NCBI GenBank assembly: GCA_003344405.1
Contig: NOWV01000132.1
Span: 124,001-188,000 of the forward strand
Direction of reading: 5' to 3'
Origin: Trichoplax sp. H2
Lineage: Eukaryota
DNA: 64,000 bases
Part shown: positions 14,446-26,800 of the stretch, in pieces
How positions within the stretch are numbered: position 1 is the stretch's first letter
Layout: each line of letters starts with the position of its first letter
Program-made: the position numbers and the translations under genes
Notes under the pieces: model-generated
The model's database searches: none
What the model was told of the DNA's origin: nothing
Seen by the model: the letters and a program-made list of their open reading frames with translations, nothing else

Positions 14446-14792
14446 TCTTTAATAGCTAATTGAAATTAGCTATTAAAGACATACGGTGTTACGGCCAATC
14501 CAGTCATTCCCCGGGAATGGCTGGTTCCCGGTGATGGACCATAAAACCAGAGACAAGCACTAAGCAAAATTCAATCGCTGCAAACAATTGAAAATGCTCA
14601 ATGCAAAGAATAATTAAAATGCTCAATAGCTATTAATATTAAAGACATACGGTGTTATGGCCAATCCAGTCATTCCCTGGGAATGGCTGCTTCCTGGGGA
14701 TGGCTGGTTCCCGGCGATGGATCGTAAAACCAGAGACAAGCACTAAGCAAAATTCAATCGTTGCAAATAATTAAAAATGCTCAATGCAAGGA
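14446..14792. repeat. Two ~170-bp tandem copies carrying a GC-rich hairpin, preceded by a 16-bp perfect inverted repeat
   Basis: aaagacatacggtgtta(c/t)ggccaatccagtcattccc(c/t)gggaatggctg...aaaaccagagacaagcactaagcaaaattcaatcg occurs twice. Inverted repeat tctttaatagctaatt-ga-aattagctattaaaga at 14446..14479. Confidence 0.85.
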
Positions 14793-14799
14793 ATATGTA

Positions 14800-15600
14800 C
14801 AGTATATTGATGAACATAAAAATAGTGCTCTATTTTAGATAAACATTACAAAGGAATGCTTGCTATCTCGAAGCATTCTCACTGAAAATTAAAATAATAG
14901 TAAAGGAATTAATGTAACTAGTACTAGAAAAGAGTTCGGTAGCAATATAAACAATCACAACCTAAGACTTGCGAATGATTAGAAATATCTAATGCAAGAG
15001 GTACATTTATTTAAGCTTACAATCAGTGAGTGTGAGATAACTTGTACTCTACATATTCTAGACTAACAATGTCAATAAATGCTAGCTACCTCCAGACATC
15101 TTTCCTCTCTGAAAATTGAAATAAGGATGATGGTAAAGAAGTTAATGTATTTACATTAACATTCAATCAGTACTTGAAAACCTGTTCGGTAGCAATAGAG
15201 ACAAGCAAAATTTAAGGCTTGCGAACAAATAAAATGCTCAATACAAGAAATGCCTGCTGTTTAGGCCTTAAGCTTGCAATCAATGAGTATAAGGTAGTCT
15301 ATGCTCTGTTTTAGACTAACAATGTAAATTAATGCTAGCTACCTCTCGATATCCTTCCTTTCCGAAAATTAAAATAATGACTAAATTAAAGAAGTTAATG
15401 TAAACAATTCCCAATGCCTTACTAACAACTGAAATGGCCAATTCAAGAAATACATTTATTTAGACTGTAAGCTTACAATCATTGAATATGAGATAGTTTG
15501 TGCTCTATTGTAGACTAATGATGTAAATTAATGCTAGATATTGACCCTTTCGGAAAATTAAAATTAGGATAAAGGTAAAGAAGTTAATGCAAACAATAAG
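14800..15600. repeat. About 4 degenerate 200-280-bp tandem units
   Basis: Repeated agactaacaatgt..aattaatgctagctacc, gaaaattaaaataa and aaagaagttaatgt blocks. Confidence 0.65.
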
Positions 15601-16355
15601 CAATACGATTTGCTCTCTATATTACGAATGTGTTTGAAGAGACAGGGTAGTAGATTATGACTAGCTGGAAGGGAGCCAACTTTAAAATCCATAACAGATA
15701 ATATGATACAGGCTTAATTAGCCAAACTCGATCTGCAAGGGAATAATTTATTCCTTATCTAATAGCTATTACCACATCTCTAAACTAATCAATCGCATCC
15801 TGTGCTCTGCTGTGACACAATATCAGTCAATAGACCAAATGAATACGTTAATCAATCTTACACCCCTTTTAAAATCAACTTTTAAGGATGAATATTCATG
15901 TCCAAATAAATTATAGTCAATTCTACTTGTAAATGCCCTTGACGTTTATTATTTTGCAGTCTTCATATCCAAATTAGAGCCAAATTTGAATATCAATGTT
16001 TTATATGCTATATGCACATAGGCAATTTTCAGTATGTCTACAATGACATCCATCCGAACATTAGTCATTATATTAAGTGAGATTCACTACCATAATCTAC
16101 CACTATGGATTATTGATATTAAGGAATAAGCAATAGCACAATTTTTACAAAAAATTTGCTACTATTGGAGGTTAGAAAGATCCATGCAATGAGAAATAAT
16201 CAGACTAGTCCCGTCCTGTGTATTAATCTATCCTCTCTATACACCTCCAGTATCGATATTTACACTGCTTAGCATTATATCCAAAATTGTAAAAATAATT
16301 CATTATTATGCCTTTGATCCACACTGATCCATCCTATAGTAATATGGATTTATGG

Positions 16356-19300
16356 TTATGACCAAATACGGATAGTAGCATCGGATCCTCCCGATAACAA
16401 ATATTCACCACTTTGATCGAAAGCAACCGTTTGCACAGCATCTTCATGGCCATTTAATGTCGTAACCTAACCAATGATGCAAAGATACATAAGAAAACAT
16501 TCAAAATGCTCAGTTTATCAACACTGCTTAATCTTGATGTACTGTACATGTCATGATTGCATACCTTTCCAGTATTTACTTCAACCATCTTAATACTACC
16601 ATCATTGGAGGCTACTGCGAGTAAGACACCTTAAAAGAGAAAATACAGGAATTTGATGATTGTGGCAAGCATATTCTCATAGGATTATAGTTTATATTTG
16701 GTCATTATAAAATGATGATCAGTAAATGGAATGGAAAATCAATTGGCTGTATTGGCAATGATGTCAAACGAATTTGTTACTGATGTATCGATAGGAGAAG
16801 AATAAAATGAGAGTAAAATGTCATTATAAGACAAACTCATTTATATAACATTTACACGCAAAAAATTTGTATAAAATAGGCATCATAAACTGAAAATTAC
16901 GCCATATTAATTCTATTCTAGTGTTTCATAAACCAAATATTACAGTTAGACTTTGATACTTCCGCCATAAGAATATGATGTTCTAATATAGCCTTTAAGA
17001 TGAAACGAGAGTAAGGTACAACTAAAAGATAAACTCATTTATATAACACTTAAATACAAATTACTTGTATGAAACAAGCAACATAAACTCAAAATTACAC
17101 CACATTAATTTCATTCTCGTAGTTTTATTAACTAATATTAAAGTAAGACCTTGATACTGCTGTCATAAGAGTATGATCTATTAATACAGCCACTAAGGAT
17201 GATTAAATACTCTTTCGTAAATAGTACATCTACTCCATCGTTCTTATGCCTATACAGAAATAATCTTACCTGTTGGGTCAAACGCAATCTTGTTAGCAGA
17301 ATGAGGACCAACATCAACAGATAACTGCATTGATGATGTTGCTATATTCCAGAACTTTACGATTCCGTATGCATCACACGACGCAATGGTATCGCCCTTA
17401 TAATATCAAAAATAACAGCACCTTATCACATTAAATCTCAGCCGTCTATTTCTACCCTTTAATATCTACTAGTTTACATCGATGTTTACAGTAATTACTC
17501 GATACGCCCTCAGTAATTTTTAAACATCTTACCTTTAGGTTGAAAACTGCATCATTACATGAATGCATATGGCCGTAGAATGTTTGTACACATAGCCCCT
17601 TGGATCGAATAAATGACCATGATAAATAAATGATAAAACGTACAAGAATATATATATATACCGCTCCGATCTATTACTTCTAACTTCAAGTATCATAAGT
17701 GATCTACCAATTATTAACTATTGTGATGAATTACAGATCTTAACTTACAGTTCTAGCATCCCATAATGATACAGTCTTATCCGCCGAACTTGATACCAAT
17801 GTATTTGAAAACGGCAAAAAAGAAACACTATTGACTGAGTCAGTATGACCTCTCAATGTAGTGCGGCAACGGATACTATCGAGAGTAAAAAAATAGTGGC
17901 ATAAGATCATAGTCAGATGAAGACATATCTCATTTCTAGAACTCTTTATAAACTTAGGCACACGTATCAGAGAAAATGCTATAGCAAAAGTATTACCTAT
18001 TTAAATCCCAAATTTTAGCTGTATGATCTAAAGAACACGATGCAATAAAATCGCCACAAGTATGCCAAGAAACTCCCCAAACAGCATGAGAATGATCACT
18101 AAATGTTTGCGTACATTTAGCTTTAGAAAAATCCCATATTTTAACCGTAGTATCTCCTGATGCTGTTGCTAATTTGGTTCCATCAGGATGGAAGCAACAA
18201 TCAGATATCCAATCAGTATGACCTTCACCAGTCATAACGGCCTCTCCGCTATCAATTATGAAAAATTCATAAGCATTCAATATTGTACTTGTAGAATATT
18301 TATAGCATTATCACATAAGAAATATCAGTAGCTTTTGTCATGATTTCAAAGGTGTAAATTATCCACTATTGAACTGATATAATATTCATGGTGTTATCAA
18401 ATATCAATATTTATGTCTTGATTTCAAAGTGTTAAGTATCCACCTATTAAACTGACATAGTATTCATAGCGTTATCACGTAAGAAATATCAGTATTCATA
18501 TCATAATTTTAAAGGTATTAAGCATCCGCTATTGAACTGGTATAGTATTTATAGCGTTATCTCATAAGAAATATCAGTATTTAAGTCTTGACTTTAAAAG
18601 TGTTAAGTATCCATAATTGAACTAGGGTAATAATATTCATAGCGTTATCAAATAAGGAATATCATCATTCATGCCATGATTTTAAACTGAAATTTTTTGT
18701 CAACAATTTAAGGTAATATACAAACAATCTTAAAAAAAATTCGCAATCACAATAGACCGAAAGATCGCTGGCCTACCTTGGTATTGCCCACATTTTCCAT
18801 TTATTATCATCACTAACAGTTGCCACAATCTTCTTACGTGGATGGATAGCAATCCCACTGACGGCCATATCATGAGCTTCGATAGTATTGCTTAATCGTA
18901 ATCCGCCAGCTCTTGTTAAATGGATACATGGCGATTTTTGCATGGTCAAGTAGGGATTAATGCCAGTATCGGGAGGAAATTCTGAATCCTACATATGAAA
19001 CAGACGGTGAGTAGGACGATGATCACATCCTCAGAAAAAACAGTATTGACTAAGTAGGACAGTCTTGAACCTGCTGTTTTGGTGATAATTTGTCTTCTAC
19101 TGGCGATCGCTGGACGACTGCTTCATTACTACGATTTTCTCCTGTAGCATGGGAAGCCAACGATTTCTGAGAAGAAAGTGGATAAGCCTTACCAGGTAGA
19201 TCAGTAGCAGCAGAAGTAGCGGTTAAAGGCGGAATAGTAGCCATTTGTTGTTGTAGAGCTAAAATAATGAGATTTGGCTCGATTAAAACAGCATTAATTA

Positions 19301-21829
19301 TAGCTGTAAAAGAAACTTTACTGTCATTCGATTATAATTTGACTATTTATACAACTATATATATAAGTATATACTATTATTGAGTATCTACATCTAGATA
19401 TATCTATTCAATTTCATTACATGTTATTTCTCCTCCTTGATCAGCATTCTTAAGGGTATTTTGCAACCTAACTAGCTGCAAAGTATAATTTTACGATTAG
19501 GTTGTTGAGATTGGCCTACTCTATCTCATCAACTGACAAGATTTTGTTATAAGAATATGCCTGATGAAAAATACTATAAAATAAACTACCTGATTAACCA
19601 CTCGATCACGTTCCAATCGTGTTAACATTTTTTCTCTCATTGCCGTCTATTAATGGATAACATGAAATTTAGTGCTTTAAATAAGCTTTTAAATAACAGA
19701 TACAATTCATTTGCGTTCAGGAGTAGATTGAGAATCTGTTCCAAAAATAGCCTTATTACCTCGTATTTTTGTCGTAATTGAGTCAGTGTTGGTTCATACT
19801 GTGCATAATGCTTTTTTAATCTAATTTAAAATAAGTTAGCAGCAATGAATTAGACGTGGCTTAAACAGTTCATTACGTATGAATTTATTTCAAACAATTT
19901 GAAAAGCTCACTTTTTAAGATCGGATATTAATTTATTCTTTTCTTGAGCAACTCTTTGATGATGCATACGATGATAGTCCCTCTCTTTGCGTAATCTAAT
20001 GTAAGTTTGTTTTGCATTTCTGAAAGCAAGTGAATTTAGCGGCATGTTACTAAGTGTAACTAATTTGAATGTCACGTTATAATTTCAAGAAAAAATAGTA
20101 AAGTCTTTCATTAATGTGTTAAACGAATTTTAAGTCTTATTGTTGGGCTATAACTGCTAGTATGGCATCAATCTAACTACTTTTCATGTATAATACTCGG
20201 TGCAGTTATACTAATCATATATATATATATATCACTGATATACATTAGTAGCACTTAAAACCTTTATTCCAGTGATATTGATCATTAAAACATATCTTGA
20301 TTAATCCGATCATATAGAAAACTAATTGAAAATACAATTTATCCGAAGGGCTGAGGTAATTTGCATTAAAATAATTTGCTTACTGTGCAGCTGTCTTGAA
20401 TTTCTCCACCTCGCCATGAAGAACTTTGATATCTTGATCCAATAGATCATTTCTAAAATAAATTTAATACATTCAATTAATATGTTGTAATCGTGTGAAA
20501 TTCCTCATCTTGAACTTCGCTTTGTTTAAGTTATAACGAAAAAGCTATTCCTAAATAGAGATACTGGAATTGAAGATTGCAAATTTCTAGTACTTTGTGT
20601 AAATATCGGGCACCACGCTAACATCTTCTGGGTTTAACTGTCCTTTTTGCATCAATTCATACCTAAACAGTGTAGAGTTTTGGCAGTAAGATTGATTAAA
20701 TTTAGTTATTGTCGACTATTGCTACACACTTCAGTAAGAAGTTTACCATTCGGTTTGAAAGCAATCTAGAGTACGTGTTAATCCCATCTTCACGAAGAAA
20801 TTTCGGACGAAGTCATCAATTAATTCTGGACGCTTTTAAATAAAAATAATTGCAATTGAAAAAGTTTTGTAAACTTTAGATTATAGGTTAACGAATATCA
20901 ACTTGTTGAAAGATTATAACATAGGATTAGGTCGTGAGTTACCTTTTGAAGTTTGGCTACGGGTACCGGCACAACCGTTTGCTATAATTAATTATTAAGT
21001 TAAAAAAGTGGGGGTATTTACTAACATGAAAATATAAACATCTTAGCCATCCTATTTTAAAAACAGTCTTTATGACTATGCTTACCGCTGCTTTAGAGTC
21101 TTCTTTCTTTTCTTGTAAATTTTTAACAGCTTTATCTAAGTTTTCTTCGCCATCTACGATAGTATAGATATTGGTAGGCATTAATAAACTAGTGTACAGT
21201 ATCCACTCAAGGCCATAAAATTTTTACCCATACTGTGATTAGACAACATTAAAATAGATGCCATTTAGACTGACCTGATATCGAATCGACTTCATCATAA
21301 GGTACCTAGTAAATGATATTTTAGGTAGTGAAGAATACATGCATCATTGCCTCTATCCAATTTCAAATTTTCGACGCTATCCATTGCAATAAAATCATCA
21401 TAGTATTATACCTCTTCATACTGGAAACCGTCTTCACTATCGTCTTCGATGGATAATTCTGTTTAGAATTTGATGTTAAGTCAAAGTATACGTGTATTTA
21501 TCCGAAAAGAATAGTAGATTACAGAAAGCTTTACGTAGGTTCACTAGCTATGATAGAGCTTTCTCGTAAAATCAATTATTATCACATTTATCAATACGAA
21601 TTTATGAGTATAGACGAATCCACGATCAAGTTTTAGCAACAATATATCACAAAGCATATAGCTAGTGCTGCAGATTGTCAAAGCAATGAATGTCAATCAT
21701 TGACCAATTCTAAATGATAACTAGTGAATTATAATGGGATACTAAACTATACGATTTAAATTTTGCTGGAGCTTAAAACTAAACGCACAGAAGGATACGT
21801 TCCAAGTAATAATTTGGATCGTCGGCCAT
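16356..21829 (-). CDS. SPAG16: Sperm-associated antigen 16 / PF20, axonemal central-apparatus WD40 protein
   Basis: N-terminus [26 protein letters not shown] resembles SPAG16 (YYLEQ...YEYEE). Followed by [28 protein letters not shown], coiled coil [19 protein letters not shown] and WD40 repeats ([38 protein letters not shown]), ending ATIRIWS-stop at 16356. Confidence 0.93.
16790..17190. repeat. Two degenerate ~200-bp copies in a SPAG16 intron
   Basis: aaactcatttatataaca...cataaact.aaaattac..ca.attaatt...ttgatact...cataaga..atgat present twice. Confidence 0.65.
18292..18685. repeat. About 5 degenerate ~80-bp tandem units in a SPAG16 intron
   Basis: Repeated tattcatagcgttatca..taagaaatatcagtatt...atccactattgaactg. 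Confidence 0.75.
21459..21798 (-). other. U12-type (minor spliceosome) GT-AG intron 1 of SPAG16
   Basis: Minus-strand donor GTATCCTT at 21798..21791. Branch-like TGACTTAAC at 21483..21475, about 17 nt before the AG at 21460..21459. Splicing restores YYLE-Q-LSIE. Confidence 0.85.
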
Positions 21830-21980
21830 TGCAGCTATATACTATACTGATGTGTGCCTCCTCTAATTTTAGATTTCGTTGTTTCTCGATTCTACCAAGT
21901 ATTATTTCTCTCTCTGTCTCTTTGATATCTTGGTAGTCTCTGTATATTTTGCAGATTTGTTAGGAAGCTGCCGCTGCCAT

Positions 21981-22039
21981 ATCACCATAGTAACCTTAAC
22001 ACCGTACAGTACAGTTGTTTTACTTGTTTCTATGAAGAC
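21981..22039. promoter_or_regulatory. Two candidate RFX X-boxes upstream of the ciliary gene SPAG16
   Basis: ATCACCATAGTAAC (21981..21994) and GTTTCTATGAAGAC (22026..22039) are near-matches to the X-box GTYNCYATRGNAAC, 150-210 bp upstream of the ATG. Confidence 0.5.
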
Positions 22040-23871
22040 AAGCTTAATACTGTAGCGCTTGTAAGTCTGATTGTAGTAATTTACAGTGTAAAGCGTTGTC
22101 ATCTACAGTACCTACTGCGTAGTTGTACTGTACTGTACTGTATAGTACTTACTGCTAGTATACAGCAGTTACTATGACTATACATTACTATACTACTGTA
22201 TACGTGTTATACTATACTATACATGTTATACTATACTATACATGTTATACTATACTATATAACATCTTGTACTCCAGGGAAGTTTTTATCTTCCGTGAGC
22301 CTACGGAACATTTAGCCATGAAGTACATCAAAATGTGGCACTGATAGTGACTACAGCTAAATCGACGGTAGTATGCGTCACAATATTGTATACATCTAGG
22401 TATAATTCTATTGTAGGCATCGAGTCTCAGTTTACCGACGACGTATAAATTTAAGAATACTAGCTAACAGACTTCAATATTATAGTGAACTCCTTAATAT
22501 TATCAAGTCGAAAGTTTTACCCGCTATATTACGTCAATGGCTATAACAGCTGTATACATATTGTCAACTTATTCTCAGACATGCTGTTAGTTTAAATAAT
22601 AAGGGTAACGTTAAATTGATAAAATAATCAAATATAAGCTATGAAAGATTTTAAGTTAAATTTCTTCAAAAATATGTGTAAGTATACATAGTAATATACG
22701 AAAATTAGTTTTTAACGCGAATAAATATGGATAATACGCGTATCCCTAAGAATTGCAGATAAATGACGTAACACTTGTTATTGACGCTTAAATAACTTAC
22801 CATGAATACGTACAATAATCGGCGTACCAACTTTGCATCAGTCATAAATTATAATTTATTAAGGCTGCGCATAATTATAATTACTAGCATACGTACAATA
22901 TATCTACAACTTACATCTTCATAAGGTCTTCGAGGACGCAACTTGGCTGATATTTAATTATATAATTTGTAGTTATTACGAAAATATAACAAATAATTTA
23001 TATACTGGAACTTTCGTGTTCACTACAGTAAATTACAATGGATTATATCATGTCACCACCTGTGAATTACTCTTCAATTTATGAAAGAATTGTAGTTTAT
23101 TGCCATGCTGTAAATTAAATACATGAATTTAGCCGTGGTTCCGTGAAAATCAATTCACAAATTATCATGCTCCTGATACAGAAGTAGTCAGTGCTTATCA
23201 TATTAACACGGATAACTTTAATAAATATGTCTCCGATCACAATACGATATCAAACCTAAGGAATCATCGTTAATAAAGCGCAGCAAAATTAGATTATTGA
23301 CAACACTTTATAATTTAAATCCAACTGTTAAAAACTATTTTTAATTTTATTTTTATTTCATCATAAAAGCAACAACGCTTTCAATAAATAAATGGGCACG
23401 CTAAATCGGATTGAATTGCAATGCAAATTTTCCTATTATGTTTATAATTCATATACAGTTAATAAAATGATTAATCTCTGTGCATCAATAATACATGACA
23501 GCAAAGGTATTGATGATTTTCATACCCCAAAACATCAACGATATATTACATTAATTAAATGTAGCGATTTGCCACAACTTTTTCCTCAAAATTTTTACAG
23601 ATAGTAATAATTATTGATTGGGAATGACAATCTATCAAGTAAACATCAATTTAAAGCTAATAAATGCTAATTAGTTTATTTTTTGTCACTAAACGAAATA
23701 CGTGTTAGTTATTAATCATACAGCAACGACTTTAGCAGTCAAAAGAACATCACTGGCAACGTACATAAATTCTAATAAAAGATTCGTTAATAGCAAAGCA
23801 ACATATATATCGACCGTTAAGCCTTCGGTTAAAATCTGCAATAGTACATCTCTGTGATATGACTGTCATTC

Positions 23872-26800
23872 TTAATCATGGCATATAGGTATCCCATATA
23901 CTACTGGGGAAGCGCCGACCAAGTATTTTAATTTACAAACATTTCTTGCAGCATGAATATGTTCTAGCAAGGATCCATTACCGGAATCGTTCATCCAAGA
24001 TTGAATAAGGTGCATAGTAAATCGATCGATATCTTTATCCGTAACATCCCACATGTTAGCAACAATACATGGACTAAATAAAAATATAGACAGCAACATA
24101 AATTGAATGTATATGTGATTAGAAATGTAAATAAACAATTTAATAAGTTACCATCCAGCTAACAAGTAAGTCATTGCCATGCCATTTGCCTCTAGTAAAC
24201 CTGAAACCTGAATAGTTAATAAATCAAGATAAATCTTATATTTCGCGTTACTTTACGGCGCTGAAGAATAATAGATACTAGCTCGTACTATCAAACAGTA
24301 CGCATGCAAACCTTAAGCTTCCCACTACTACACCCCATTAGTAGTGTGGTTGCCTTGCAATTTAGCTTTTGAATAGAATCGCCCTTCAAATAATCTGCAC
24401 CGGAACCGTGACCGCAGTATCTGTAAATGAAATCATCAAATGTACAGTATTAACTATCATTATTTCGATTAAAAGCTGAGCTTAAGTCTTTATAATTACA
24501 TGAAAAAATCATTGTCTGTTAGCGCAGCTCCAAATTCTTCTTCGTTAGGAATTCTGGCAATAATTCCTTTCCACTTATTCCTAGGAAACATCGTATATTT
24601 TAGTCACAGTCTTAAGAAAAAACAACTACCAAGAAATTTATAAAATACTTACGAGTTAAAAAATGGTCCAAATGCTTTTTCTGTAGATGGTAAATCATTT
24701 CTTGGATTTAGTATATAAAAGGTGTTCTTTAAATTTACCCGATAATCAACTCTGGACAACTAGGTATCGAGACATACGTAAAAGTGATAGGAAAAACGAA
24801 CATAATTAATTAATTTGTGTGTGTGTGTGTGTGTTATTAAAATAAAATCAGAAATGTTCGCACATCAGAAAAGTGTGAAAGAACGAAGGGTAAGGATGGC
24901 ATCCTTGATACAGGATGAGGTCGCAAAATGCTGATATTTTCCCATGGCAGATGTTGCAGATGCTAAAAGTTATAAAATTTAAGTAGTTTAATATATTAAA
25001 GTAGCCTTATTAGTTAACAAATATATCGGTATAAGTTCACTACCTTATCCAGAATTAATATAACTGGATACCGCTCACTGGTACGACTCCTATAACATCG
25101 TGCAATTCGAAATAAATGATGCCGCTTTCAAATTAAATTCAAAACTGATATCGTATATGAATTACTCTCTCTAAAATTTACCCCGGAGAAATGAATCCTA
25201 TCTTATTCGCCATAGCAGATATTTCTTTCACGGCCTGCCAATATAAACCAAAGATAATAAACATCCACTAGTAGATAGTACTCAATAAAATTAAAAATAT
25301 TTTTATTCAGTAGTTCTTGTATCCAGATCAGCTTATTTGAACACAAACATACATTCATAATTTTAAATTAAATATTCAAATTCACACAATAACATTACAG
25401 ATTTATACCGTGCGTATGGCATCGTCATCTCTTGATAAACCTAGCACTAACGAAATAGCTTCAACAAGTTCCTCATCATCCAAGTATTCAATTGAATTTA
25501 GTAGCACCTAAAGTCCATAATAATAGCACCAGTTACTCGCTATATATATTTAAAAAAATGTGAGATCCAACATACGGAATGGATCTAAGTGAACTTACCT
25601 TAAGTAAACCTTCATCTAACTCCCGTTTTAATTTTGTCACAACTTTCGACTTTACTTGATCAGATAGAGTTTGCAGCCGATACTGCATTGTGGCATCTTT
25701 GCATATTCCGAGTACCATACCTTTTAGACAGCCTAACAATTTTTTCTCAATACTTTCAGCAAATTTCTGTGAGTAAGAGTAAAGTGATGTCAAGATAGTA
25801 AGAAATTAGTAGTCAAATTTACCAGAAGATGAAATGTTTACCTTCATTTTTTCATCTAGTTTATAGCGTTTATTCCACCAACTCTTCTTGTTACAGTCTT
25901 TCATGCTCGCGGAATTTTCGTCCAGTATATTATCATAATCCTTTAGAATTGTGAGATACGAAACTATAGAACCCTAAAATGATCGAAAGATTCGATATAG
26001 AAAGTAGAAATAAAATACTCTAAATATTTACTTTGAAGACAATTGGAAGCGTTAAGTAAAATAATCATACAATATCATCAATATGTAAGGGGATCCTATA
26101 AAGTATCGGCTTCGTCTTATTTTGAAGGCGTGATATTAGCAGATAGTTGAAATTGTTTGACTTCATATCCATTCCGTCGTAAAGTAAATAGTTGCTCGTG
26201 CTTACCAATGATAGAGTACATACAACTATTCCTACAATGAACATAATTATAGGTATTTTTCCCTTAAGATACTCAAATTTATCAAAAACTTGTAAACATA
26301 TGATATACAAATATACGCGTATATTAGCTAGCTTAAATTACCATCTGGTAATGTATCAACTGAATGCTCTTGAAAATTTTTCTCCAAGTCATTTCCAAAT
26401 AAATATTGTTCCTTGAATGACAGTAGCTTTCTTTTTTCAAGAAAATACTGCAGCCGAGTTGTTGCAGCTTCACTTTGTTCATTTTGTGAATTAAGACCAC
26501 TCTCTTCTTCGCTTCCTTTTGGTTCTAGATCGAGATCCAACGAGGATAGCTGGCTAATTAAGCTTTCCATTGGTTTATTGTCTCCACGAAAAGACTATTA
26601 ATAGAATAGAATATATTTTTTATTATTAGCTATTATTCGGACAAGCCTTCAAAAAAAAATGTAGAGACTACCTTAAGTACTGAAGCAATAGCATTAGATT
26701 CATGGCAATGATTCCTAAAGGGAATATAAAGAAGATAAATATGTATTGTAGACAAGACATCAGCATTTAGTACTGTTTATTTTGTTTACTTCAGGTAAGA

